From Pseudomonadota bacterium (lineage in GTDB: Bacteria > Pseudomonadota > Alphaproteobacteria > Sphingomonadales > Sphingomonadaceae), in NCBI GenBank assembly GCA_041182185.1, contig JBEGOD010000055.1, positions 76,490 to 140,489 of the forward strand: a DNA stretch of 64,000 nucleotides, written 5' to 3'. Position 1 is the first letter of the stretch. The number at the start of each line of letters is the position of its first letter. Made by a program: the position numbers and the translations under genes. Under the pieces are notes generated by a model. The model ran no database searches and was not told the origin of the DNA. It worked only from the letters and a program-made list of their open reading frames with translations. Below, in pieces: positions 9,766 to 18,124 of the stretch.

Positions 9766-10253
9766 CCACGGTTCAGCTTGACGATCTCGACCGCCAGTTG
9801 ATTGAAGTTCTGGCCCGCGATGCCCGCGTTTCCAACCGCAAGATCGCGGTCGACCTGGGCGTCACCGAAGGCACGGTTCGCGGCCGGATCAAGCGGCTGC
9901 AGCAGGATGGGCTGATTTCCTTCACCGCCATCACCAGCTTCGGCCTGGCAGACTCCGCCCGGATGGCCTTCATCGGGGTCCAGGCCGAGGTCAGCGACGT
10001 GCGCGAAGTCGCGCGCAAGATTGCCGACCTGACCCAGGTCAATGCCGTAATGCTGACCATGGGGCGCTTCAACATCCTGGCGATCTGCTTGTTCAACTCG
10101 CTGGATCACCTGCACGAGGTCGCATCCGACAAGATCCTGGCGATCCCCGGGGTTCATCACGTCGAAACATCGATCGCGGTAAAGACGCTAAAGTACAATG
10201 CGCGAGTGGTGCGCATCACCGAGGTGCAGTCTGCAACCGACGATGCCGACTAA
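9762..10253 (+). CDS. Lrp/AsnC family transcriptional regulator 2
   Basis: LDDLDRQLIEVLARDAR, TVRGRIKRL, TMGRFN, IPGVHHVETSI; ATGA overlap with regulator 1. Confidence 0.9.
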   Translation: MTTVQLDDLDRQLIEVLARDARVSNRKIAVDLGVTEGTVRGRIKRLQQDGLISFTAITSFGLADSARMAFIGVQAEVSDVREVARKIADLTQVNAVMLTMGRFNILAICLFNSLDHLHEVASDKILAIPGVHHVETSIAVKTLKYNARVVRITEVQSATDDAD

Positions 10254-10256
10254 TTT

Positions 10257-10286
10257 CGCGTAACCACGCCATAACAGAATTACGCA
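10257..10286. promoter_or_regulatory. Putative operator YGCGT-N20-RCGCA, site 1
   Basis: CGCGT AACCACGCCATAACAGAATT ACGCA upstream of Rieske gene 10387; same spacing at three other promoters. Confidence 0.65.
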
Positions 10287-10348
10287 TTTTGTGCGATTTC
10301 TGCGATTAATATCTTCGTTCTCGTATCCCGCTTGCAAAATCCCTGCGT

Positions 10349-10370
10349 TTTGAGTTATTGACGACTCAAA
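10349..10370. promoter_or_regulatory. Perfect inverted repeat TTTGAGT-N8-ACTCAAA (second operator or 5'UTR hairpin)
   Basis: 7-8-7 palindrome just upstream of the RBS of 10387. Confidence 0.35.
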
Positions 10371-10386
10371 CCTGAGGGGAGAGACA

Positions 10387-11469
10387 ATGGCCACGACCGC
10401 AGACTATGGCCTCGGCGAATTCACCTACCCGCGCGGCTGGTTCATGGTGGCCCGGTCTGAAGAGATCGGCACGACACCGGTGGCAGCCCGCTATTTCGGC
10501 GAAGACGTCGTACTCTATCGCGGCGGCCAGAGCGGCAAGGTCTTCATGCTGGAGGCCTATTGCCCCCACATGGGCACGCACCTGGCCCGCAACACCACGT
10601 CCTATGTCGTCAAGGACGGTGAGCATGTCGAAGGTGACAACATCCGCTGCCCTTATCATGGCTGGCGGTTTGGGCCCGATGGCCGCGTCAACCAGATTCC
10701 CTATTCGCCCGCCCCGGTGCCCAAGTCGGCATGCATCAAGAGCTGGAAGGTTACCGAGCGCGCCGGCTGCCTGTGGACCTGGTATGATCCAGAGGGGCAG
10801 GAGCCCGACTACGAATTGCCGCCGTTCGAAGGCTACGATGCACCGCACTGGGTGAACTGGAACGTGCGCGCGTTGGGCGAGCTCAAGTGCCACCCCCAGG
10901 AAGTGGTCGATAACATGGCCGACAAGGCGCATCTTGGGCCGGTTCATGGGTCAATCGACATGGTCTCGTTCGAAAATGCCTTCGACGACCACGTCTGCCG
11001 ACAGATTCTTTCGGCTGGACACAAGACCCTTGCATCCGACGGCGGCGAGCCGATGACCAACGATACCTGGTACACCGGGCCGGGCATTCTCCAGTCGGTG
11101 ATGGTCGGCGCCAATCCCTCGCACATGCTGATCGCGCACACCCCGATCGACGATGGGGTGATCAAGGTCTGGTACGGGCTGCTGGTCAAGGTCGACAATG
11201 CCTCGCCCTCTGCGGACGACGTGGCCCTGGCCCGCGCCTATGAAGAAGCTGGCGTCGATGCCTTTGCCCAGGATTTCGAGATCTGGTCGAACAAGCGCCC
11301 CTGCCTGCACCCCATGATGGTCCGCGGCGATGGTCCCTTCGACAAGGTGCGGGTCTGGTATCGCCAGTTCTATAACCCGCGCGCCCAGGCCGAAACCTTC
11401 CAGAAGCGTGTCAATGGTCGCTACACCACCAAAGGAACCAAGACCGCCCCTTGGGAAAGCGCCGCCTGA
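10387..11469 (+). CDS. Rieske non-heme iron monooxygenase, KshA-like (type B, copy 1)
   Basis: CPH-x26-CPYH, DNMADKAHLGPVH, QDFEIWSNK, GDGPF..VRVWYRQFY. Confidence 0.88.
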   Translation: MATTADYGLGEFTYPRGWFMVARSEEIGTTPVAARYFGEDVVLYRGGQSGKVFMLEAYCPHMGTHLARNTTSYVVKDGEHVEGDNIRCPYHGWRFGPDGRVNQIPYSPAPVPKSACIKSWKVTERAGCLWTWYDPEGQEPDYELPPFEGYDAPHWVNWNVRALGELKCHPQEVVDNMADKAHLGPVHGSIDMVSFENAFDDHVCRQILSAGHKTLASDGGEPMTNDTWYTGPGILQSVMVGANPSHMLIAHTPIDDGVIKVWYGLLVKVDNASPSADDVALARAYEEAGVDAFAQDFEIWSNKRPCLHPMMVRGDGPFDKVRVWYRQFYNPRAQAETFQKRVNGRYTTKGTKTAPWESAA

Positions 11470-11491
11470 TCCATCTAGCTCCCGAAAGAAC

Positions 11492-11527
11492 AGGCCCGCC
11501 CCTGCAATCCGGAGCGGGCCTTTTTTT
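11492..11527 (+). terminator. Rho-independent terminator
   Basis: AGGCCCGC...GCGGGCCT stem followed by a T run, between convergent genes. Confidence 0.8.
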
Positions 11528-11544
11528 GAACGCTTGTCGCCCGG

Positions 11545-12297
11545 TCAGGTCGCCGTGGCACCCCCATCAACCACCAGCGGATGCCCGGTGACAAAGCTGG
11601 CCTGGTCCGAACAGAGCCACAGCACCGCCGCAGCAATTTCCTCGGCCTGGCCCATGCGGCCCATCGGGGTCATGCCATCAAGCACCTTCTTCATCTCGGG
11701 ATTGGCCGTCAGCGGCGCCGTCATCGGGGTTTCAATCACGCCTGGGCAGACGGCGTTGACGCGGATTCCCGCCTTGGCCCAGCGCAGCGCGCCGTGCCGG
11801 GTCAGGCCGATCACACCGTGCTTGGTGGCGGTATAGCCCGGCTGCGCGCCATTGCCGACCAAGCCGTTGATCGACGAGGTATTGACGATCGCACCCTTGC
11901 CTTGGGCCAGCATCACCTCGGCCTCTTCGCGCATGCAGTACATCACGCCCGAAAGGTTGATCGCAATCGCACGGTCCCACACCGCGTCATCGTATTCGTT
12001 GGCACCCATGTTGTTGATGCCGGCATTGTTGTGCGCGAAATCAAGCCGGCCGAATTCACCGACAGCGCGGCCGACAAGGGCCTTCACCTCATTAGCCTCT
12101 GCAACGTTACAGCGCTGGTAGACGGCCTTGCCGCCAGCCGCGGCGATCAGTGCCACGGTCTCTTCCCCACCGGCATCGTTGACATCGGAAACGACGACCG
12201 CCGCGCCCGAGGCAGCAAAGCCCAGCGCGGTTGCGCGGCCGATCCCGCCGCTGGCGCCCGTGACCAGCGCGACCTTGCCGTCAAACCCGTAATTCAT
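11545..12297 (-). CDS. Short-chain dehydrogenase/reductase
   Basis: TGASGGIG, NNAG, YTATK, VCPG; start re-called to ATG 12297 (MNYGFDGK) after AGGAGAGG. Confidence 0.9.
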   Translation of the reverse strand: MNYGFDGKVALVTGASGGIGRATALGFAASGAAVVVSDVNDAGGEETVALIAAAGGKAVYQRCNVAEANEVKALVGRAVGEFGRLDFAHNNAGINNMGANEYDDAVWDRAIAINLSGVMYCMREEAEVMLAQGKGAIVNTSSINGLVGNGAQPGYTATKHGVIGLTRHGALRWAKAGIRVNAVCPGVIETPMTAPLTANPEMKKVLDGMTPMGRMGQAEEIAAAVLWLCSDQASFVTGHPLVVDGGATAT

Positions 12298-12314
12298 CCT
12301 GCCTCTCCTTGATA

Positions 12315-12344
12315 TGCGTAGAAATTGGCTTACAAGATAACGCA
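12315..12344. promoter_or_regulatory. Putative operator YGCGT-N20-RCGCA, site 2
   Basis: TGCGT AGAAATTGGCTTACAAGATA ACGCA in the divergent SDR/OYE promoter. Confidence 0.7.
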
Positions 12345-12382
12345 AATGGCGGTCAATGGCCGAAATTAGGAGTTAAACTCGA

Positions 12383-13450
12383 ATGCTCAGCAGTCTCTTT
12401 ACCCCTATTACCCTGGGCGAGATCGCGCTGGCCAACCGCATCGTCATGGCCCCCATGACGCGCGACCGCGCCGGACCTGGCGATGTGCCGACCGGCCTGA
12501 TGGTAGAATACTATGCCCAGCGGGCAAGCGCCGGACTGATCGTGACCGAGGGCGTACAGCCGAGCGCAGTCGGCAAGGGCTATTGGCGCACCCCGGGCAT
12601 CCACAGCGAGGAGCAGATCGCCGGCTGGCGCCAGGTCGCCGATGCGGTTCATGCCAAAGGCGGGCGGATCGTGACGCAGTTGATGCATTGCGGCCGGGTA
12701 GTCGTTCCGGCGAACCGCGGCTTCGCGGCGGATGTCATCGCGCCTTCGGCAGTGCCCTGTCCGGTCCAGGTCCCCGGGCCGGATGGAGTCCCCGCCGACT
12801 GTGCCCTGCCGCGAGCAATCCTGGCCGAGGAGATTCCGGCACTGGTCGCCGAATATGCCCAGGCTGCGCGCAACGCCGTGGCGGCGGGCATGGACGGTGT
12901 GGAGCTGCATTGTGCCAGCGGCTACTTGATCAACCAGTTCCTCAACCCCGCTAGCAACCGGCGCGAGGATGATTATGGCGGCCCGGTAGAGAACCGGATC
13001 CGCTTTCCCATCGCGGTCCTGCAGGCAATGGCCGATGCCATCGGCGCCGGCCGGGTTGGCTTCCGCATTTCGCCCGGCAATCCGTACAATGGCATGGATC
13101 CGGCAGATCCGGCCGCGACTTTTGGCCCCTTTGTCCAGGCGGCCGATGCTCTTGGCCTGGCTTATCTCCATGTGGTCGATATGGGCCTGTCCGAATTCGA
13201 CACGCTGGACCTGCTGCGCGCCAATTTCAGCGGGCCGATCATGGCCAACAACAACCTGAAGGGCGATAGTGCCGCTGCGCTGCTTGATGCCGGCCGGGCC
13301 GAGGCCGTCAGTTTCGGGCGCGCCTTCATTGCCAATCCCGACCTGGTCGAACGGATCGCCGCCGGAGCGCCGCTGGCCAAGCCTGACTATACCCAGCTCT
13401 ATACCGGCGAGAACCAGGGTTACACCGACTATCCGGCCTGGGCTGGCTAA
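12383..13450 (+). CDS. Old yellow enzyme / alkene reductase (NemA-like)
   Basis: NRIVMAPMTR, YYAQRASAGLI, ELHCASGYL, FGRAFIANPDL, GYTDYP. Confidence 0.92.
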   Translation: MLSSLFTPITLGEIALANRIVMAPMTRDRAGPGDVPTGLMVEYYAQRASAGLIVTEGVQPSAVGKGYWRTPGIHSEEQIAGWRQVADAVHAKGGRIVTQLMHCGRVVVPANRGFAADVIAPSAVPCPVQVPGPDGVPADCALPRAILAEEIPALVAEYAQAARNAVAAGMDGVELHCASGYLINQFLNPASNRREDDYGGPVENRIRFPIAVLQAMADAIGAGRVGFRISPGNPYNGMDPADPAATFGPFVQAADALGLAYLHVVDMGLSEFDTLDLLRANFSGPIMANNNLKGDSAAALLDAGRAEAVSFGRAFIANPDLVERIAAGAPLAKPDYTQLYTGENQGYTDYPAWAG

Positions 13451-13456
13451 CGCGAA

Positions 13457-13485
13457 ACGGGCCCCGGCGCAGCACCGGAGCCCGT
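13457..13485. terminator. Probable bidirectional terminator hairpin
   Basis: ACGGGCCCCGG-loop-CCGGAGCCCGT between convergent genes. Confidence 0.55.
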
Positions 13486-13509
13486 CGTTTCCGTTACTGG
13501 TGGAAGAAC

Positions 13510-14631
13510 TCAGCCCACGGCGCGCAGGTTGGGCTGGTCGCCTTCGCTTGCGGGCTTGGCATAATAGCGGCTATACCATTGGCGGAACTGCGGGATCGGG
13601 CCGTCGCCATCGCAGATGATCGGATTCGGCTCATAGCGCATCCGGTCCCAGATCACCTTGTCCTGGTCGAGTTGCTTGCAGATATCGCGGATCAACGCCT
13701 TGGCCAGGCCTGCACTGGGGCCATCGGCCTGGCTCTTGGGCTGCATGAAGCCGTAGCGGACGCGCAGCACGTCCTCCTCGATCGGCACCAGGCTGGCGAC
13801 CAGCAAGGTCTCCGAGATCCCGCGGAAGCGCACCCAGCTTTGCCCGGCCCCCATCGTGTCATAGCTGATCAGGCCATCGACCACGCCGCCGGGCGTGCCC
13901 ATCTGTGCCTTCACATCGGCGCCGCGCCCCCATTCGCCCCAGCGCAGCTCTGCTTGGGGCACGTCGGCCGTGCCGTGGATGTACTTGAAGTGGGCCACGT
14001 CGACGCCGTTCTCGGCCATGTTCTGGATCGATCCGTAGACGGTCCATTCATGCATGTCGTACTCGGTCCAGGCGGGATCGCCGTACTCCTCATGCACCAC
14101 CACGTCCCACATCGGCGCGACGTTCTGGTCCGGATGATACCAGACCCAGATCCAGCCGTTAGCCTCGGTCACCGGCCAGGTGCGCAGGCACTTGCGCTTG
14201 ACCTGCGGCGGGATTGCCTTGGCATAGGGGATCTCTTTCACCACCCCTTCCCCGCCGTCGTAGCGCCAGGCATGGAACGGGCACTCCAGCAGGTTGCCGT
14301 GGACCTTGCCGCCGTGGCCCATGTGGGCGCCGAGGTGCTTGCACCAGGCATCTGTCACGCGGACCTGGCCGTCCTCGCCGCGCCAGATCGCCAGGTCCTT
14401 GGCGAAGTAACGCATCGGCTTGACCTGGCCGACGGCGACGAAATCGACCTGCTCGACCGCGTACCAGCCGAACGGGAAGCCGATGTCGAGCCCGCGCTCG
14501 GCGGGAGCGGGCCGGCCTTCCAGCGGCGCGACCCGCCAGTCGACCAGGTCCTGCCCGCGCAGTTTTTCAAGGATCTGCCAAACCGCCACGGGGGCGGTGC
14601 GGGCGTCGGTGGCATTTGCCGGATTGCTCAT
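13510..14631 (-). CDS. Rieske non-heme iron monooxygenase, KshA-like (type A, copy 2)
   Basis: CKH-x17-CPFH, ENGVDVAHFKYIH, QDKVIW; long identical blocks shared with 4029-5135. Confidence 0.88.
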   Translation of the reverse strand: MSNPANATDARTAPVAVWQILEKLRGQDLVDWRVAPLEGRPAPAERGLDIGFPFGWYAVEQVDFVAVGQVKPMRYFAKDLAIWRGEDGQVRVTDAWCKHLGAHMGHGGKVHGNLLECPFHAWRYDGGEGVVKEIPYAKAIPPQVKRKCLRTWPVTEANGWIWVWYHPDQNVAPMWDVVVHEEYGDPAWTEYDMHEWTVYGSIQNMAENGVDVAHFKYIHGTADVPQAELRWGEWGRGADVKAQMGTPGGVVDGLISYDTMGAGQSWVRFRGISETLLVASLVPIEEDVLRVRYGFMQPKSQADGPSAGLAKALIRDICKQLDQDKVIWDRMRYEPNPIICDGDGPIPQFRQWYSRYYAKPASEGDQPNLRAVG

Positions 14632-14644
14632 CGTAGGTGCCTCC

Positions 14645-15733
14645 TCACGCAGCCTGGGACTTGGCGCCGGGCCGCTTGTCGATCGTGGTGTGGACGCCGT
14701 TCACGCGCCGGTGGAATTCCGCAGCCTTGTCGCGGGGGTTGTAGAACTGCCGGTACCAGATGCGTTCCTTGTGGAACGGCCCGTCGTCAGGGATCTGCAT
14801 GATGGTGAGCGCCGGCTCCTTGTACTTCCAGACCTCGAAATCCTGGGCAAAGGCGTCCAGTGCAACGTCCTGGTAGGACCGCGCCATCGACACGCCGGCC
14901 TCATCGGCAGGACCCTCGCCCACCTTGACCATCAAGGCGTACCACACGCGGACCTCGCCATCCTCTACCGGCGTGTTGCAGATCATGATGATCGAGGGAT
15001 GCTGCCCTTCCATCCGCGAAAGCAGGATGCCGGGGCCGGTGTACCAGGTGTCATTGATCAGCACGTCCGCATCACTGTCTGACACCAGCGTCCGGTGACC
15101 CGCGCCGAAGCGCTGGAAGATCAGATGATCACGGAACTCGTTCTCGAAATAGACGATATCCTTGCTGCCATGGACCGGCACGAAGTGGGCCACGTCGACC
15201 ATGTTGTCGACGATCTCCTGCGGGTGGATCGGCAGGCTTCCCAGGTGGTCGATCCGCCAGCGGACCCAGCCCTCACCCTCCATGTCCCATTCGGGAAACA
15301 GCGGCAGTTCAAAGTCCGGCTGGCCGCCTTCCTCATCGTGCCACATCCAGATGCAGCCGGCCCGCTCGATCACCGGGAAGGTCTTGATGCAGGCCGCCTT
15401 GGGAATGCCGTGGGTGGAATAGGGGATGTCATCGGCCTTGCCATCCGGGCCGAAGCGCCAGCCGTGGCCCGGACAGCGGATCGATTCGCCCTGGATCTGT
15501 TCACCGTCCTTGACCACGTAGCTCGTGGTGTTGCGGCCAATGTGGATCCGCATGTGCGGGCAATAGGCATCGACCAGATAGACCCGGCCGCTTTCGCCGC
15601 GATAGGCCACGAATTCGCGCCCGAAATAATGCAGCGGCACCGGCTTGTCGGCGATCTCCGAACTTTCGGCGATCATGAACCAGCCGCGCGGGAAGGTCAG
15701 CGGGCCAAGCCCGTATTCGGCAGTCGTCGCCAT
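14645..15733 (-). CDS. Rieske non-heme iron monooxygenase, KshA-like (type B, copy 2)
   Basis: CPH-x26-CPGH, DNMVDVAHFVPVH, QDFEVW; paralogue of 10387-11469. Confidence 0.88.
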   Translation of the reverse strand: MATTAEYGLGPLTFPRGWFMIAESSEIADKPVPLHYFGREFVAYRGESGRVYLVDAYCPHMRIHIGRNTTSYVVKDGEQIQGESIRCPGHGWRFGPDGKADDIPYSTHGIPKAACIKTFPVIERAGCIWMWHDEEGGQPDFELPLFPEWDMEGEGWVRWRIDHLGSLPIHPQEIVDNMVDVAHFVPVHGSKDIVYFENEFRDHLIFQRFGAGHRTLVSDSDADVLINDTWYTGPGILLSRMEGQHPSIIMICNTPVEDGEVRVWYALMVKVGEGPADEAGVSMARSYQDVALDAFAQDFEVWKYKEPALTIMQIPDDGPFHKERIWYRQFYNPRDKAAEFHRRVNGVHTTIDKRPGAKSQAA

Positions 15734-15754
15734 AGTTTCTCTCCCTCTCGCGGA

Positions 15755-16945
15755 TCAGATGAAGGTGTCGGTGTTCGGATTACCGAGCAGCACCGCGCCA
15801 AGGTTGCGGCTGACCGAACCGGGATTGTTAGCCACGTGGGTGCGACCCGAATGGATATCGACAAAGGCCCGGACCAGCGGGCTGGACCGGTAGATGCCAA
15901 GCGCCCCGCATGAATAGAACATCCGCGTGATCAGGTTGGCACAGCGATCGAGGATCTGGCCGGACTGGAAGCGGAACAGCAGGCGCTGCTCCAGATCATA
16001 GTCCGCACCAGCTGAGGCCTGTCCCATCAACACGTCGAAGTTGCGGTTCAACACCAGCTGCATCTCGTCGATCGCGGCAGCGGTCTCGGCGATGACCCGC
16101 TGCGCATCGGGATCGTTGGCCGTGCGCGAGAAATCATTCGAACTGACTCGTTCGGAACCATAGGCCCGGAAGGCATCGAGTGCGCCCTTGAGCGCCCCGA
16201 TCGCGGAGGACGAAACGGCCCGCACGAAGATCTGGCCGAATGGCAGCTTGTAGAGCGGCGCATCATTGACCTTCAGTCCCGGACTGGTCGTCTGGAACCC
16301 ATCCTTGGAGCGGTGTGTGCGATAGGCCGGAACGAAGGCGTCCTTGACCACCACGTCCTGGCTGCCAGTGCCGCGCAGGCCCAGCGTGTCCCAGACCCGA
16401 TCGACCGCGAAGTCACTGCGCGGGACCAGGAAGGTGCGATAGTCCGGCGGGCCGCCTTCCGGATCGGGGACCAGCCCGCCCAGGAACGCCCACTGGCAAT
16501 GATCAACCCCCGATGAAAAGCCCCAGCGCCCGCTGATCCGGTAGCCGCCCTCGACCGGCGTGACCTCGGCCCGCGGCATGTATGAAGAAGAGATCAGCAC
16601 CGACGGATCTTCGCCCCAGACATCGGCCTAGGCCTGGGCATCAAACAGGGCGAGCTGCCAGTTGTGGACCGCGACCACGCCCAGCACCCAGGCCGAGCTC
16701 ATGCAGGCTTCGGCCAAGGTCATCTGCACGGCATAGAAGCTCTGCGGATCAAGCTCGTACCCGCCCCAGCGGCGCGGCTGGAGGATCTTGAAGAAGCCAG
16801 CCTCCTGGAAATCCCGGATCGTCGCATCGGGCACCTTGCACTCGTCTTCGCATTGCTGCGCACGTTCGCGCAGCGCGGGCAACATGGCACGGGCCCGATC
16901 GACCAGGGTCTGGGTCAGGTCGGTCTTGGCGGCATTGGTCTGCAT
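15755..16945 (-). pseudogene. hsaA: HsaA/TesA-like flavin-dependent monooxygenase (seco-steroid phenol hydroxylase) interrupted by one in-frame TAG
   Basis: The two ORF-track pieces are in the same frame: LALFDAQA*ADVWGEDPSVLISSSYMP, with TAG at 16628-16630; also SGRWGFSSGVDH and WDTLGLRGTGS. Confidence 0.82.
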
Positions 16946-16967
16946 GGGTGTTCTCCCGCTGAAATGG

Positions 16968-17882
16968 TCAGGCTGCATCGGCCATGGCCGCCTGTTCGTC
17001 GGCCCCGAAGCCGACGCTGAAGTCGTGACCCCACAGGCTGACCGAGGTGCTTTCGAAAACGGTGTGGTGATCCCAGTCGATCGTTCGACCGCCAAAGCCG
17101 TATTCGATCGCGAAGCCGCCGGGGGACATGAAGTAGAAGCTGGTCATGTGATCGTTGGTGTGCTTGCCCAGCGTCGCCATCAGCCGCACGCCGCCGGCCA
17201 GCATCCGGTCATAGGCGCGGCCAACCTCGTCCAGGCTGTCGACCTCGAACATCAGGTGGACACAGCCCGAAGGGACCTCACCCTCGAACAGTGCCAGGCT
17301 ATGGTGGCGGCGGTTGCCGCAATGCATGAAATCGATCCGCTGCTCGATCCCAGGTGCCGGACGATGGATCAGGATGTCTGACAAGCCAAAGCCCAGCACC
17401 TCCTTCAGGAAGGCACGGGTTGCGGCAATCCTGGGTGCAGGCAGGACCGTGTGGCCCAGACCAAGTTCGCCTGTCACGAAGCGTGGGACGCCAGCCGACG
17501 AAACGAACCGGGCGAAGTCGGTCTGGTAACCCCAGGCAAGCTCATGCCGATTGCCAGAGGGATCGTGCAGCCAGACCATGTCGAAGACATGCCGCAAGGC
17601 AATCTCTGCGGCAGTCCCGGCATGAAAAGCGATACCGCTGGATTTCAGCTGGTCGCAGGCAGCCTTGAACTCTGCCTCGCTGCGCAGTTCCCAACCGGAG
17701 GCGAAATAGCAGTCCGCCGAACCCGGAGCGATGAAGACTCGGCCAACCCGCTCATCCATCTTCAGGGCAAGCCCACCGACCAGATCCTGTGCGGACATGC
17801 CCAGCACGACCTCACCGAAATGCCGCCACTGCTGCGGATCGCGCGCCTGGACGACCACATAGCCAAGTGCTGCAATGTCCAT
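16968..17882 (-). CDS. hsaC: Type I (VOC) extradiol dioxygenase, HsaC/TesB/BphC-like
   Basis: ALGYVVV, GLGHTVL, FMHCGNRRHHSLA, CVHLMFE, LGKHTNDHMTSFY, EYG, SLWGH; adjacent to hsaA. Confidence 0.82.
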   Translation of the reverse strand: MDIAALGYVVVQARDPQQWRHFGEVVLGMSAQDLVGGLALKMDERVGRVFIAPGSADCYFASGWELRSEAEFKAACDQLKSSGIAFHAGTAAEIALRHVFDMVWLHDPSGNRHELAWGYQTDFARFVSSAGVPRFVTGELGLGHTVLPAPRIAATRAFLKEVLGFGLSDILIHRPAPGIEQRIDFMHCGNRRHHSLALFEGEVPSGCVHLMFEVDSLDEVGRAYDRMLAGGVRLMATLGKHTNDHMTSFYFMSPGGFAIEYGFGGRTIDWDHHTVFESTSVSLWGHDFSVGFGADEQAAMADAA

Positions 17883-17966
17883 CCCGGTCCTCCACCTTAA
17901 TTACGAGCAAAGGCTAGGTCGGAGACAGGCGGCGAAACATTGACCGGAATCAAATTGATCAATGTT

Positions 17967-17996
17967 TGCGTAATTCATGTGCACTTTGGTAACGCA
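17967..17996. promoter_or_regulatory. Putative operator YGCGT-N20-RCGCA, site 3
   Basis: TGCGT AATTCATGTGCACTTTGGTA ACGCA in the divergent hsaC / flavin oxidoreductase promoter. Confidence 0.7.
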
Positions 17997-18124
17997 ATCA
18001 ATCGCCGAAATGCCATATATGACCTCACTATGCGAACCAACGTGTCAGACGGAATGTCGAATCACATTGACCCGCAGGGCCGGCTGCGACAAAGCTTCGG
18101 CAAGGGATCGAGGAGTTGAAACGC

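Noticed and set aside
9286-10253. Lrp pair as siroheme decarboxylase AhbA/AhbB (NirDL/GH)
   Set aside because: No heme d1 or Ahb genes nearby and no HCYxR-type motif; both look like ordinary HTH + RAM regulators
6697-12297. Assigning the SDRs at 6697 and 11545 to specific hydroxysteroid dehydrogenases, or the NTF2 gene to 7-hydroxysteroid dehydratase
   Set aside because: Plausible from context, but regiospecificity cannot be read from motifs alone
16628-16630. Programmed amber recoding (pyrrolysine) in hsaA
   Set aside because: No pyl machinery in view and not expected in this lineage; the position corresponds to Gln, so a single C-to-T change explains it
16946-17095. N-terminal extension of the ORF-track call 16628-17095
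   Set aside because: Overlaps the end of hsaC in another frame; the RBS-supported start is ATG 16945
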